A stretch of 64,000 bases of DNA from Chlorokybus atmophyticus (lineage: Eukaryota > Plantae > Mesostigma and Chlorokybus algae). A program made the translations under genes and the position numbers. Below, one piece after another: positions 24,104 to 36,700 of this stretch (within the stretch, counting starts at the first letter, position 1; the number at the start of each line of letters is the position of its first letter). The stretch spans positions 309,064-373,063 of the forward strand of contig RHPI01000797.1 of the NCBI GenBank assembly GCA_009103225.1, written 5' to 3'. The notes under the pieces are model-generated. The model was not told the origin of the DNA. It saw only the letters and a program-made list of their open reading frames with translations, and searched no databases.

Positions 24104-27100
24104 ATGGGAGACAACGGCAAGCTGAAGGTGGTCATCAAGCTGAAGCCGCAGCAGCCGCAGCAGGCGTCAGGCCACAAGCATGCCGACCATCACAGGCGCA
24201 GCAGAGACAAGGGCAGAGATAAGGAGAAGGGCAAGGATAAGGGCCAGGAGAAAGACAGGGACAGCGAGAAGGACAATCACAGGGTCAAGCTGAAGCTGAA
24301 GCACACAGACGTCAAGTCATCTTCCAGATCAGGCTTCAAGCACTCTCTCTCGGCCGTTAGCGAAGATGAAGCGGCGGACAAGCAGCAGGAGGCAGTCAGC
24401 AAGGAAAACAAGGACAGGAGGAACAACCACAAGGAGATCAACAGCAGCAGGGAGAGGGAAGGGCCCATGCCTCTTAAGAAGCGTAAGGTGGGTACAGCCG
24501 TGGCAGCAGACACTGTTGTTAAATAACTATCTTACTGCCTCCCATGCACCAATCCCTGGCATCTCTGGCATGCAAACACTCACGTCATTTCACATGCTGC
24601 TTGAGATGGCAAGTGGCACGCCTCGTGCAACACGAGCTTTGACGTCTTCAAGCCTTGGTGTTCATGTTGGTGCTGTGTAGACCACGTATAAGTGTTTTTG
24701 CTCTGGGGCTGGATTAACCCCAGAAGCAAAGGGGCACATTTTCTGCTGGTTGTGCCACTTGCAACAACAATAGTGTTGCTCATAATATACATATTAACAT
24801 ATATATATACATATATACATATTATACATATATATATATATATATATATAACGCGTATTGTTGTCTGTCAAGCACATGCGCGCTCCAGCATGCATGCACG
24901 CAAACAACACAGTCAAACAGCACGGTATTAATCGGTAACGTATGCGCTTGCAGTTTGAGCTGCCAGCAGCGTCGTCTCCAGAGCCCGAGTTGGCTCTTTC
25001 ACCGGCGCTCGCGGTTGTTGTGCCCCCTACCACCACCGCCGCAACTCCATCCAGAAGCACTTCTTTCCCTGCATCCATAGCTCACTACAGAAGCAAGGTT
25101 TGTTGCATGTGTCCTATGATTGACTGATTGGTCAAGTCAGTGCGCCTGTGTCGTTTGTGTGCATGCGTGTGTGTGCGCACGCATGTGCCGTTGCATAGCT
25201 TTGAGATATTTTGCGCACCATTGTTTAGCTGTGGCACGATTGGCAGGTAAAGTTGTCGCCACAACCTTCAGCGGATTCAAAAGATGATGTGAAGGTGCAG
25301 AGGCAGGACAGCATGTCTGTGGATACAAGTGCACCAAACATGGCATACATCCCTGAGCCAGCACCACCTCCAGAGCCAAGTTTTAGCACGCGCGAGCCAT
25401 CCGCAGCCGGCGGTAAGTTGCAGTTATGCAATGAACACTCTCGCAAATAGAGAATGTTGCATTGACAGACTTGCGCTATTGCCAGCTGACGCTCCTACCG
25501 TACCTGCCATGGAAGCCATACTTGCCAAGCTTCAAAAGTAAGTCGATGTACATTGCGTGCACACGCTTATGCCTGTGTGTGCTTGTCTGCATGTGTATGC
25601 GCATATGCGCACATTCATGTGCACGAGAGTGCGCGCTTTGTCACACTTCTGCCACCGATCCAATGTTACAAGTAACAGTACACGCTTGTCAACTGCAGAA
25701 AAGATACCTTTGGTGTGTTTGCCGAGAAGGTGGATCGAAAATTGGTGAGAACTCACGTGTACATGATTACTAATGTCATACCTGTGGTTAGCCGCTAGAT
25801 GCTTGGTATTGCTAATCCTGGTCAGGAGCCTAGCCAGGGAAAGAGATCAGCGTGTCTTATCTGAGATGGTGATGCTGTTTTGCAGGTGCCTGACTACTAC
25901 GATGTGATCAAGCACCCAATGGACTTTGGAACATTGAGGGAGAAACTGAAGGCTGGCGTGTATAGTACTTGGGACTTATTTACGGTAATTGGAGCCTGCT
26001 CAGCTGCAATCAACACCATGTGTGACACTGGAACCTGCATGGTTACGCGTGTCATATGTTATGTGGCTTGGTAACACTTTGTTATTCGCTTTGTTATTCT
26101 TCTGTTGCAGGCTGATGTAAACTTGATCTGCAACAACGCGATGCACTACAACGCTCCCACCACTGTCTACTACAAACAGGTATGTTGGTCTGGGATCCCC
26201 CCTCGGTGAGCTTGCTGCCATGTTGATCACAGCAAATATTTCTGTGCATGTGCATACTCATTGGTGTATGTGCGTATTACTCTATAGCTTTGTTTTACTG
26301 CGGTCTCCTGTATCAACATATGCGATGAACCTGCTGCAGGCCAAGGCTATGCAGGAGTTGCTGTATAAGTCGTTAAGTAAAGAGCAACAGGTCATAGCCA
26401 GGAAAACAACAGCAGCAGCAACAGCAACAGCAGCGCACCAGTCAGCACCAGACGTGCCCGCCAAGCGCGGTCGGAAGTACGTTTGTTTCCAGCAGCTATC
26501 GCTCACGCAGCAGTGATGAGATATCGTGTCTATCAATAGAATCAGGATGTATGGCTCACTTGTTGGGGTCTTTCAGGCCTGGATCAGTGCCTGGAAGGCG
26601 AGGCAGACCGCCCGGAAGACTCAACAGGGTACCCTCTGACTCAGACCATGTCATTAGAGCTGTTGGAGATGATTCTGTGGTAAGAGCTCTGCCTTGTTGT
26701 CTTGCTGTGTGGGTTGCATGGGTCATAGAGCCTGTTTGTAGTACGGGTCTGGTCGCTCCCTGCAGTTGTTTGCTAAGGGCTTCAGCTCATTGTAATGGTA
26801 TGCCGCAGGATTCGCGCCGGGCGGTCAGATCAAATGCAGGTGTAACAACAATCCATATGCAATAATAACCCACCTGTTAGTTTATGCATGCCCTGCCCTT
26901 GTACACCTGAGTTGACGCACTGTGAACCGTCACAGATACCTCTATGTTTGAGCCGGGCACTCCAGTAGACAATGATGAATATGGAGGTAGGACTCAGTGA
27001 TGTTTATGTTTCAACGGGCATGCGGATCAGACTGACTTGCATGCTGCAGAGCGGAAGCCGGTGTCACTGCAGGCATTGGATGGCCGCAGGCCTCTGCCAG

Positions 27101-28673
27101 CAGAAGAGTACCGGCGAAGCACATTTGTTACAAAAAAGCCCGGAACCGGCCGAGGCGTTGTGTGCTGGGACCAGTTAACGCTTGGACAAGCAAACTCGAG
27201 GGTGTTTGCTCCGGTGCGTTGGCCAATTGCATGCATGCTTGGAAAGCCTTACTTATGCTCTGTCAAATTGCAAGTGTTACAGCAGCCTGCAGCGACTGAG
27301 GATGCATGCTGCATAAATAGGATATGTCCAGTATGGTTGAGTGTGCGTGTGTGATGCGTGTGCAGGTGAGCAACTTGCCTCAAGATGCGTACATGGCATC
27401 CTTGTGCCGGTTTGTTGGCAGCATCGGAGGCAGGGCGTGGGCAGTTGCTTCCAAGAAGATCGCACAGGTGTTCGAGGCTGAAGTGCAAGCCCTGACAGCC
27501 CCACCACCAATGCAAACCGCACCCAAACAAGGCGCTCTTACAACAAAGGCGTATGCGCAAAGCAAAACTGCTACACCACAGATAACAGCTGGCCGCGGGA
27601 CTCCTGCCAGCGTGCGTGGCACTGCACAAGTGCCCAGTGCAGGTGCAGGTAGAGGTTCTATTACAGCCGCCCGACCACCCACACCGCCTGTAACCGCGCC
27701 TCGTGTGACAACACCACCGCCCAACATAGCGACCGTGCGCCCGAATGCATCCTTACCTGCTGCTGCAAGCATGCAGCGCACGCCTTCACCTCTGCCGCAA
27801 GGCCAGACCGCATTCAACAACAGCGGGAACGCAATGTCTTCTGTGAGTAACACTCTATCAGCTCCCAACCCTTCCGCCAATCTCGGCATGAAGTCAAGTC
27901 CCAGTCACAATCCTGTAACAGCCCAGTCTGCATCTGTCCCAAGGCAGCCGCTTGGTAGTGTCGGGCCGGGCCGGCCCGTGGGTCAAAGCAGTCTCGGTGC
28001 CCAAGGCAATGCAACGACTGGTACTATTGCTCAGAGGGTCATATCACCAAATGCACTGTCCATGCCGGCGTCAAGACCGCAACCCACAAGGCCCTCGGGG
28101 GGAAACTCCTTTGGCTTTGACGCGCTCTTCAACAACTCCAACTCAGCGCCAAAGATGTTTGACCTCAACATGCAGGCCAGCTTTCCAACACAACGCGCGG
28201 GACCCACTACTCCCGTCAGCAAGGGCTTTGCTATGCAAAGCAACGCGGGTAACAGTGGTGCCCACCAAGGGTTCCAAGCCACCCTGCAGCAGCAGCAGCA
28301 GCAGCAAGGCGGCGTTCAGCTGCCAGCTGGCAACTATGCATACCCTCCATGGATGGCCTCCTCACTAGCTCAGATGCAGCAAATGTCTGCGCCGCTGCAG
28401 CAGCAGCAGCAAGCCATGGCCGCCATGTTGGCGAGTCAGTCGGGTGCTCATCCCAGAGTCTCTGCTCCTCAGCATGCTCAGTTGGGTGCGATGGCAACAA
28501 GTGCATCTGTCGGTACCCCGCAGGATGATGGTGCATCACTTGCAGGGCAAGCTGCGGAAGCACAAGGCATGAAAGGCCAAGCACGGCAGCAAACTGCAGG
28601 TTCAGGGCAATCCACTTGGCCAATAGATTTCATGCTGGGCTTACGGCCTGGAGATGGCAGTAGTGGAGGCTAA
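24104..28673 (+). CDS. Bromodomain-containing protein, BRD7/BRD9-like (plant BRD1/2/13 SWI/SNF type)
   Basis: Spliced bromodomain AILAKLQK|KDTFGVFAEKV..|VPDYYDVIKHPMDFGTLREKL..|ADVNLICNNAMHYNAPTTVYYKQ; AT-hook-like RRGRPPGR; AYMASLCRFVGSIGGRAWAVASKKI block; Lys-rich N-terminus and Gln/Pro-rich tail. Confidence 0.9.
24796..24849. repeat. (TA)n microsatellite, interrupted, in intron 1 of the bromodomain gene
   Basis: Directly visible TA/CA-interrupted run. Confidence 0.9.
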
Positions 28674-28839
28674 GGTGGGTGTACGGTATGCAAGTATGAA
28701 GCATTCCAGGTTGAAGATTCTGGGTTGTACAGAAATAGGAGCAACACAATTGCACATGCATAGAACATGCAACACTGTCGCGTACAAAAGGGGTATGCTG
28801 CTGTGCCGGCATGCATGGTGTGAAACAGGCAGTCAATAT

Positions 28840-29750
28840 GCATAGGGTATGAGTCTTATTGCAAACATGCAGTCTGTGCACACACGGCTCGCCCTCACTT
28901 CGTGCAAGGAGCACCCGAGCAGGACTACTACGGCGAATTGCAGTACATGGGGAGCAGCGAGGTCTGCCCGTGTCATCACGGTGGAGTACACAGCACTGCG
29001 AAAAGGGAGTGCGACGTGCTGTGCGTATGCATGCTGCGCGCTAATGGGCGCAAACCCTAACAACGCAGCCACAGCAGGGTGTATGACGCAGTTGTGGGTG
29101 GAGGTGGTGATGTGGGCGGAGGAGGAGGGGGAGTCCGTTGGGTCTGCTGCTGCTGCTGCTGCTGCTGCCTCGGCTAAGACTGGGCCGCTAACCAACGGCC
29201 GTTGTGCAGGTGAACGCATATGCATGTGCATGCTTACATGGCTAACGGGGTGGTAGGGATAGTGCAGCGTGTGAGGTAGTGAATGAACCCGGTGGTCAAC
29301 CTGACAATGGTGTTGTTGGTATGCGCTATGTCACTCTGCATGCTGCTGACTGTGCATGCCTCTATGCATGTGCATTGCCGTTTCGCATTGTGTGTACACA
29401 AGCCAATAATGGTAACACTCAAGCCAACAAGCAAGGCAACACACTTGCAGTACACCCGGGGCCATCACACTCATCTCTGCAAAGCTTGCTGTTGGTGAAG
29501 CAGGCACTAGCAGCAGCAAACACCAACCAACCAACCAACCAACCAACCTGAGTGCACAAGTGCGGCAACAGTTATGCATAGTGCCAAGCACACAACACTA
29601 TGCATAGGGTATGAATTGTATTGCACACATGCAGTCCGTGTACACTCATGTCATCCAATAACAAGTAGCTAGCACACGAGCAACTAGGTGCATGCGTACT
29701 GTGTACATTATGCATGGGCACTCTGACGTCACGTTGTACACCACACTCAC
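28840..29750 (+). repeat. Dispersed repeat: copy B (28840-29570) plus the start of a diverged tandem copy C (from 29602)
   Basis: Same blocks as copy A at 8.3 kb, with about 330 bp of extra GC-rich internal sequence. GCATAGGGTATGA restarts at 29602, a period of about 760 bp. Confidence 0.65.
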
Positions 29751-30765
29751 CGGCATGCTGCCTACAAGTCCACCGGGCTACCAAGCACTTGTGTATTAAT
29801 TATGTGCGGTGTTGTAAGGATGTTGTTCATGCATGTCACATGCATGATCTGTCCAAGTGTTGTAGATGCAAAGCGCACACACAAGCAATGACACTAAGCA
29901 AATGCAAGCAACAATGATAAGCACACACAAACAGTTAGCGAGGAAGATAATGAAGGCAAGGGCAAGGGCAAGGGCACAGCTAGCTATGTGCTCTGTGTAA
30001 GTGAATGACAAGGGCTGTGATGAGAGCGGTACAGCAGGCAGGGGTGGCAAGGTAGCAATGAGCCACCAAAGGTCACGCTGTCCATGCATGTCACATGCAT
30101 GGACAACATCATAGCACGATCCGCAAGCAATTGGTTTCGTAATACTACCACCACCGGGTCATATTTCAAAAACCACATATCTACTTGCTTCAACCAACGA
30201 CTTCAACCCAGTTACACAATACCAGTACATGCACATTTGATAAACTACACAATGTACGCAATAAGACTTGAAGTAAACTCGGATCTCATGCATCATTGTG
30301 CAATTGCCAAACAGTGTACCTCATTGCGCATCGGCACGCACACGCCAACATCCACATTTTCAAACTGCACAGCTATGCAACACTACTTCACATAAGACTT
30401 CATACTCAATCGCTTGTGATATCAAGATATAGGTTGATCATGATAATCACTGAACCTGGCAGGTACATGACACTATACACTGTGCCGCATGCGAACGCTG
30501 GTGGTGGTGCGAAGTGCTTATGACATCCATGTGTGGAGCCCCCCTGAGATGCTATAAAAATTCGTGGTGCTGCAAAGTACTTGTTACATCGATGAGAATG
30601 TGTATTAACCGTGATGCTACAAAGTTTATGTCTTAACAATGCTTTAACAATTAACAGAATAATTGGTTTGGTCTTAAATAAAACATGACATGCATTGCCC
30701 GTCAGTATACTATGTTGTACATTATAATACACACGTATATATTAATAGAAAGCAAAAATGGACTT

Positions 30766-30815
30766 CGGTGCAAGGACACGTACACAACACGTGTTGTGTG
30801 CGTGTCCTTGCACCG
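30766..30815. repeat. 50-bp near-perfect palindrome
   Basis: CGGTGCAAGGACACG-T-ACACAACAC|GTGTTGTGT-G-CGTGTCCTTGCACCG: 25-bp arms, one mismatch, no spacer. Confidence 0.9.
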
Positions 30816-31247
30816 TATCGTATGAATTGAGTGTACACTTAATTAACAACATGAATCAATAGCCGCCACAATCACAACCCTCTATCAACATTAGGCTACG
30901 GTGTGTAGCCTTCTGCATTATGCACATAGACTTAAGCCTACGTTGCCTACGGGGCCTACGGGGGCTGAGATTTACGTGCATAATGCAGGCAGCAGCAGGG
31001 CATGGGCCGGCAACATCACCTACATAAGCACATGGAGAGGGAGACATCTCCCTCTATGTTTAAACATGAGGATATGTTAGGCAGAATATCCTTTGCGAGT
31101 GTAGCTATAAGTGATGCTAACATTGTTGTAGCTAAATGCAAAGGCATTGATACGATACCTCAACCAACCATGCAATGCATGCACGACGACGCAATCGTCT
31201 TAAATTTTACACGATGACTGACCGTACCTAACTTTGACGACTTGGGC

Positions 31248-32667
31248 CATAAAGGGACTGACTGGACTGCCGGTGTATATTTCGGATAAAATTTAACGGC
31301 CGATGGCATATCGTGCAATATTATGGACTGCTACCTGCGTGTCATGACCTGCTTGTAATATATGTCGACGGCCGACCGCCGATCATACAGCACCCGCGGC
31401 GGCGACCTACCGGTTATGGCAACTTGCAAATATTGAATACAGTCACCTCTTAGTCCACCATTTCGACGAATGATGCAGAATATTTGCGTAGGTAATACGA
31501 CCGACCGCCGGTCGTATAGCATTTTGCGACGGTGATGTATCAATGGCAAGCAAGTGACTTATCAGTCTCAACTTAGGGACGAGCGGTGGCGGTGAGTTGG
31601 GACAAGTACCGATATATGATACGATGGAAGTTTCGTCTCAAGTCAATAGTACGATCGTATCATCGATATGGTACAGAAGTACCATTACAATGGTACCATT
31701 ATATTGGTACTTTTGTACCATTACGATCATAGAAAAGTACCATCGTAATATTACGATGGTAGAAAAGTACCATCGTAATGGTACGATGGTGTCTCAACGG
31801 CCTCCTGTTTGTGAATTTAAACGCTAGGCCGCAACACAACGCTCAATTGTGCAAGTTGACTTGCGCAGTTGAGCGTTGTGCTGCTGCTGCGGCTGCGGCG
31901 GCGGCGGTGGCGGTGGCGGCGGCGGTGGCGGTGGCGGCGGCAGTGGCGGTGGCAAATATGTGCTTGTGTGCTTGTGCATGTCTTGTCGTGTAGTGCGCAG
32001 CAGCGCAGCCTGACCGCCCTTCCACCCTTCGTGTTGCAGGGCGGCCACCAGGCGGCGGCGGCGGCGGCGGCAACGGCCGCCAGCGGGGGCGCTGTTATTG
32101 TGGTTGCGGTTGTGGTGGTGGTGGTGGTGGTGTGTATATGATGTGTTGCGCCGCCCTCGCTGACCGCCCCTCTTTCCTCAGGACGGCGGCGCCAGGCTAG
32201 GAGGCGGAAGCAGCAAGCAAGCGGCAGCACAAGACTTAGCGGCGGCAGACTATAGTGTAGTAGGTAGTACTACTACTGTAGTAGTGTAGTAGTATACCGT
32301 AGTATGTTAGTAGTAGGGCTTGTACTGTGTAGGTGACATGTATATGTATATAAATGTGATGTAATTAAGTTGTGATATATGATTGCCGTCCTTGCACAGT
32401 CGATGTCACTCAAACGCGGTACCTACTCATCACTGACGGTACTCTGAGGTACAGTCAGTCATAACTAGGTACCTGGCAGTTAGGGACAGTTACCACAAAG
32501 TTGCCGGTACCTAACTGATAAATATCGGTCAGATACCTATTGGTCAGGCTAAGTCACCTTTGCTTGACTGTTAGGTATCTTACAGGTACCGGTTGGTTAG
32601 ATCAAGTCCCTTTTGCTTGACTGATAAGTACCTGACAGGTACCTGTCCGTCTAGGTCTGTCCCTTTA
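31248..32667. mobile_element. Putative non-autonomous DNA-transposon-like composite element
   Basis: Inverted 15-mers CATAAAGGGAC(T/A)GAC at 31248-31262 and 32653-32667. Both flanks are built from repeated GTACC/GGTACC palindromic motifs around a GC-rich core. No TSD and no transposase seen. Confidence 0.35.
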
Positions 32668-33735
32668 TGTAAACAGCCGGGGACGGCCGTTATACTCAGG
32701 TCTTTGTATCGAGATTATAGGACTAAGCCACGACAGTCCAAATGAGTATCCGCAGGTGCACGGCCGTTATCAGTATTTAAACGGCCGGCAGGGAAACATT
32801 TTGCGACGATCAGCAATAATGCATATGCATAAATCAATCCACATTGCAAGATAATCCAATCAAAAGTTTACATTCATATATGATGCACCACAATACATAA
32901 GTCGTTTACTAGGGCTTCAATCTTATAATATGTACATGTAGATGTGTGCACAAGCATTGCAAATAAATTAACAGAGATTATAGTAATCATTGTACATTTA
33001 CGTACTTTTATTCCATTAATACGGCTTGGTTTGCAGGAAGGCCTGCCCCCACTTTGTGCTTGGCTATAATGGTGCTATGCCCCCACTGTTTACATCTGCC
33101 CATAGAGATCAGCTAATACGAATAATGGCAACAGTGTACACATGTGCCAATGAGGGCACAATGAAGTGGACCTCAGTCTAAGGACCTTAGACGACAACTC
33201 GCGATACGGCAAGATACGCAGCACACCGTGCTGCGCGAGTCACGTAACTAGTATGCCAAAATTCAGAAATAGCCCAGACAAACCTGAGCATAGCAACGTC
33301 ACGCAAGCGGCGGCGGCGGTGGAGCAGGAGGAGGAGGATCTGGTTGTTGAAGGAGGGAGGAAGGATCTAGGTACTTCATACTTGCGACTGGAGGTAAGAG
33401 GATTCAGCAATTCAGCTGTCAAACACGACATTGTGCTACACGTCTTGGCCGTGTTAAAATCAGACTCAGTACATACCAATAGCTCGTGGCCAAGACAAGC
33501 CAGCCAGTCAGTAGATTCTGTGTGTTGCTTTATATGCAAAAACACCACTGAGTGCAGCCAAACTCTGCTGCTAAGAATGGAAACGGCATTGAGTTTGTGG
33601 GTTTGTGTGCGCGCCAATGCGATAGCCGGATTGCAGTTGTTATCAACACATGGGTTTTCAGTTGGCTCGCCTGACAGTTGGGTTAGGGTTTCTGATCCAC
33701 TTCTTGTCATGCCTTTGCTAAGCAGGTGAGACGAC

Positions 33736-36700
33736 ATGGTTGCAGACTTGCTGGATTCGGATTCTGATTTGGACGCTCCCTTCACCTGGGACACAGCATT
33801 CAGTGCAAAGGTGAGCTGAGCTGAAGGCATGCATAGACGAGCGCAAGTACTAAATCTAGTTACTCACTTTGGTAATGCTAAGGATCTCTGCTGTTGCCTA
33901 TGCTTAGAGCGGAGCTGAGGACATCAGCAACTGCGTCGTATACCGCATTGTGCTATTTTGACCTTGTGGTTGTTATTGTGTTTGTGACTAGGAGCATGAA
34001 GGAGCTGGAAGCAGCAGGGCCCTGCTTTCTCCGCGACGAGCGCTGTCGCCAAGACGGCCGCTGAGCTCGCAGATTGAGATGGCGGCACCTCACCCCTCCA
34101 CCGCAAGTAAATCTTGTCACTTGTGCTTTCGTTACAGCGTTGCAAACTGTGACTCGCAGTGTGTCGTGGATGGACAAGCTCTCTCTGGATGGCATGAGTG
34201 TTCGCGGATGCATTTTATGAGCTTTGCACTTGTGTCTTGCGGCCTGTTGCTCTTGTACCATAATAAGAAGCATAGATGTATATATAGATAGGTAAATAGA
34301 TAGATAGATAGACAGATAAATTTGCACACGGTCACTCGTGCCACACGCACAGGCACACGCACACTTGCGTGTGCGTGTGCGTGTGCGTGTGCGTGTGCGT
34401 GTGCGCGTGGCATGCAACATGTGGATTGTAGATGAATTCATGTACAACGGGCGTGTTGCAGGCAAGCTTGTGGCCGACTGGGACAGCGAGTCTCGCTCGA
34501 TGAATGGGTCAGCCGCGGCCGGCACGCGTCGCGAGCTCCTTCTCGTTCACAATGAGCTTTCTGCCTTAAAGCGCCAGCACGAGAAGGCTTGCGAAAAGGT
34601 ATGTGAGAAAGGGTTGTCCATCCTAGTGTCATACCCCTCATCATGTGGTTTGCTCAGTGGTTGTGTCTCTTCTGTACTCTCAGATGAGGGAGTTCAGGGA
34701 GGAGCTGAAGAGACTGAGACCCTCTCATGAAACTGCCTGTAAAGAAGCTGCCATGTTGAGACGCGCACTGGATCGCGTGCAAGCTGAGAAAGGTATGCTG
34801 CTATGCAGTCGATTTGAAGACAACAGCAAGTTACGCATGACCCTTGATTGAACAACATCACGTTCATTTCCGCAAGGACACTAACACTTAGTCGTGTACT
34901 GTGCGTACTGCGTTGAACCATGCTTGCAGGGCGCAACACTGGTGTGACTGTCGGCATAAAAGCATGAACTTAATTATTGCCGCTTACACAACAGATTCAT
35001 TGGAGGCAGCTGTTGGCAAAAAGGACGACATTGCACGGCGTCTGGCCACGCGGGCGGCCCTTTGCGAGGGAGAATCCGCGCAGGCGCTGCGCTCGAGGGT
35101 GAAGCAGCAGGGCGATGAGATTAGGAGATTGAAAGGCATGCTGCGGGTTGCGGATGAAGCCACTCAAGCCAAGGCAGATGAGGTGAGTATTGCTTCTTGG
35201 ACTGTTGTTGTGTCTCCTTGGTGTTATGATGCGGGTGTGACCGCTGTTGTCTCTGCAGGCAAAGGCACTGCAAGAGGCTTTGAAGATACACGCAGATGAC
35301 CTTGCACACGTGTCAGGAGGCACAGTGCAGGTGTGTCAGCCAAAACACTGCCATGTAACCCAGGCAGTTGTTGACGAGAGTGTACCTGCAGTAAACGATG
35401 ACAATCACGTTGACAAGAGCTCCATGTGCTTGCAGGCATCAGCGCTGCAAGCATTGGCAAAAGCGCGTGAACAGAGCACCAGCCTTGCTGGGCAGCTGTC
35501 GCAATGCACTCAAGATCTGAAGAAAGATGAGAGCCTGGTGAGCATCTGGCAACGCAGTGGTTGTTGCAGTGTTGGCCTGCGCGTATCTATGTAACAACAA
35601 GCTCTAACACTTGCACAACATGTGTGTGTGTGTCGGGGAGGNNNNNNNNNNNNNNNNNNNNNNNNNNNNNNNNNNNNNNNNNNNNNNNNNNNNNNNNNNN
35701 NNNNNNNNNNNNNNNNNNNNNNNNNNNNNNNNNNNNNNNNNNNNNNNNNNNNNNNNNNNNNNNNNNNNNNNNNNNNNNNNNNNNNNNNNNNNNNNNNNNN
35801 NNNNNNNNNNNNNNNNNNNNNNNNNNNNNNNNNNNNNNNNNNNNNNNNNNNNNNNNNNNNNNNNNNNNNNNNNNNNNNNNNNNNNNNNNNNNNNNNNNNN
35901 NNNNNNNNNNNNNNNNNNNNNNNNNNNNNNNNNNNNNNNNNNNNNNNNNNNNNNNNNNNNNNNNNNNNNNNNNNNNNNNNNNNNNNNNNNNNNNNNNNNN
36001 NNNNNNNNNNCCAAGTAGGAGGGAGACATAGCATTTGACCCATCTGCCTATGTATGCGCATTGCAGTAAGGGGACAAGTGTACTGACGCACACTTACATC
36101 CTTACCTGAAACTGAACAGCTGGCGGATGCACGGTTGGAGGTGGACGACCTGAAGTTCATTCGACACAAGCAGGCGGAGGAGCTGTTGTCGCTGGAGAAG
36201 CGCATAGCTGCCTCAGAGGCCCGCTGTGAGGCGCTGACTAAAGAGAGAGAGGAGGCGCACAAGAACGCACGCAAGGAGGCTGATGGACACGCCCGCGCCG
36301 CGCGTGCTCTCGAGGAAGAAAGACTCAAGCTGCGACAACTCTCTGATGCCTTTGAAGCACACAAAAGGCAAGCGGGGACATGCATTGCTACCAACACTGG
36401 CAGCAAGAGTCCCAACAACTTGAACGCACACTTCCTTGCGCACGCGCGCACATCAGCACACACGCGCGCACTGATGCATGCACATGCACCCAAGCACCCA
36501 AGCACGCACTGACAATGATTTGGGTTGTTGTCAATGCGACTTGTCCAAACATCTTACAGAGGAGTCCTTTTCAGGTCTGCTGCAAAGGCATTGGAGAGTG
36601 CCCAACACGAGTCGCGCGGCGCCCTTGAGCGGTTGGCGGGCCGTGCGGAGACCGAGCGCCAAGAAGCGGCCAGGGCGAACGCCCGCGCCGAGCAAACAGA

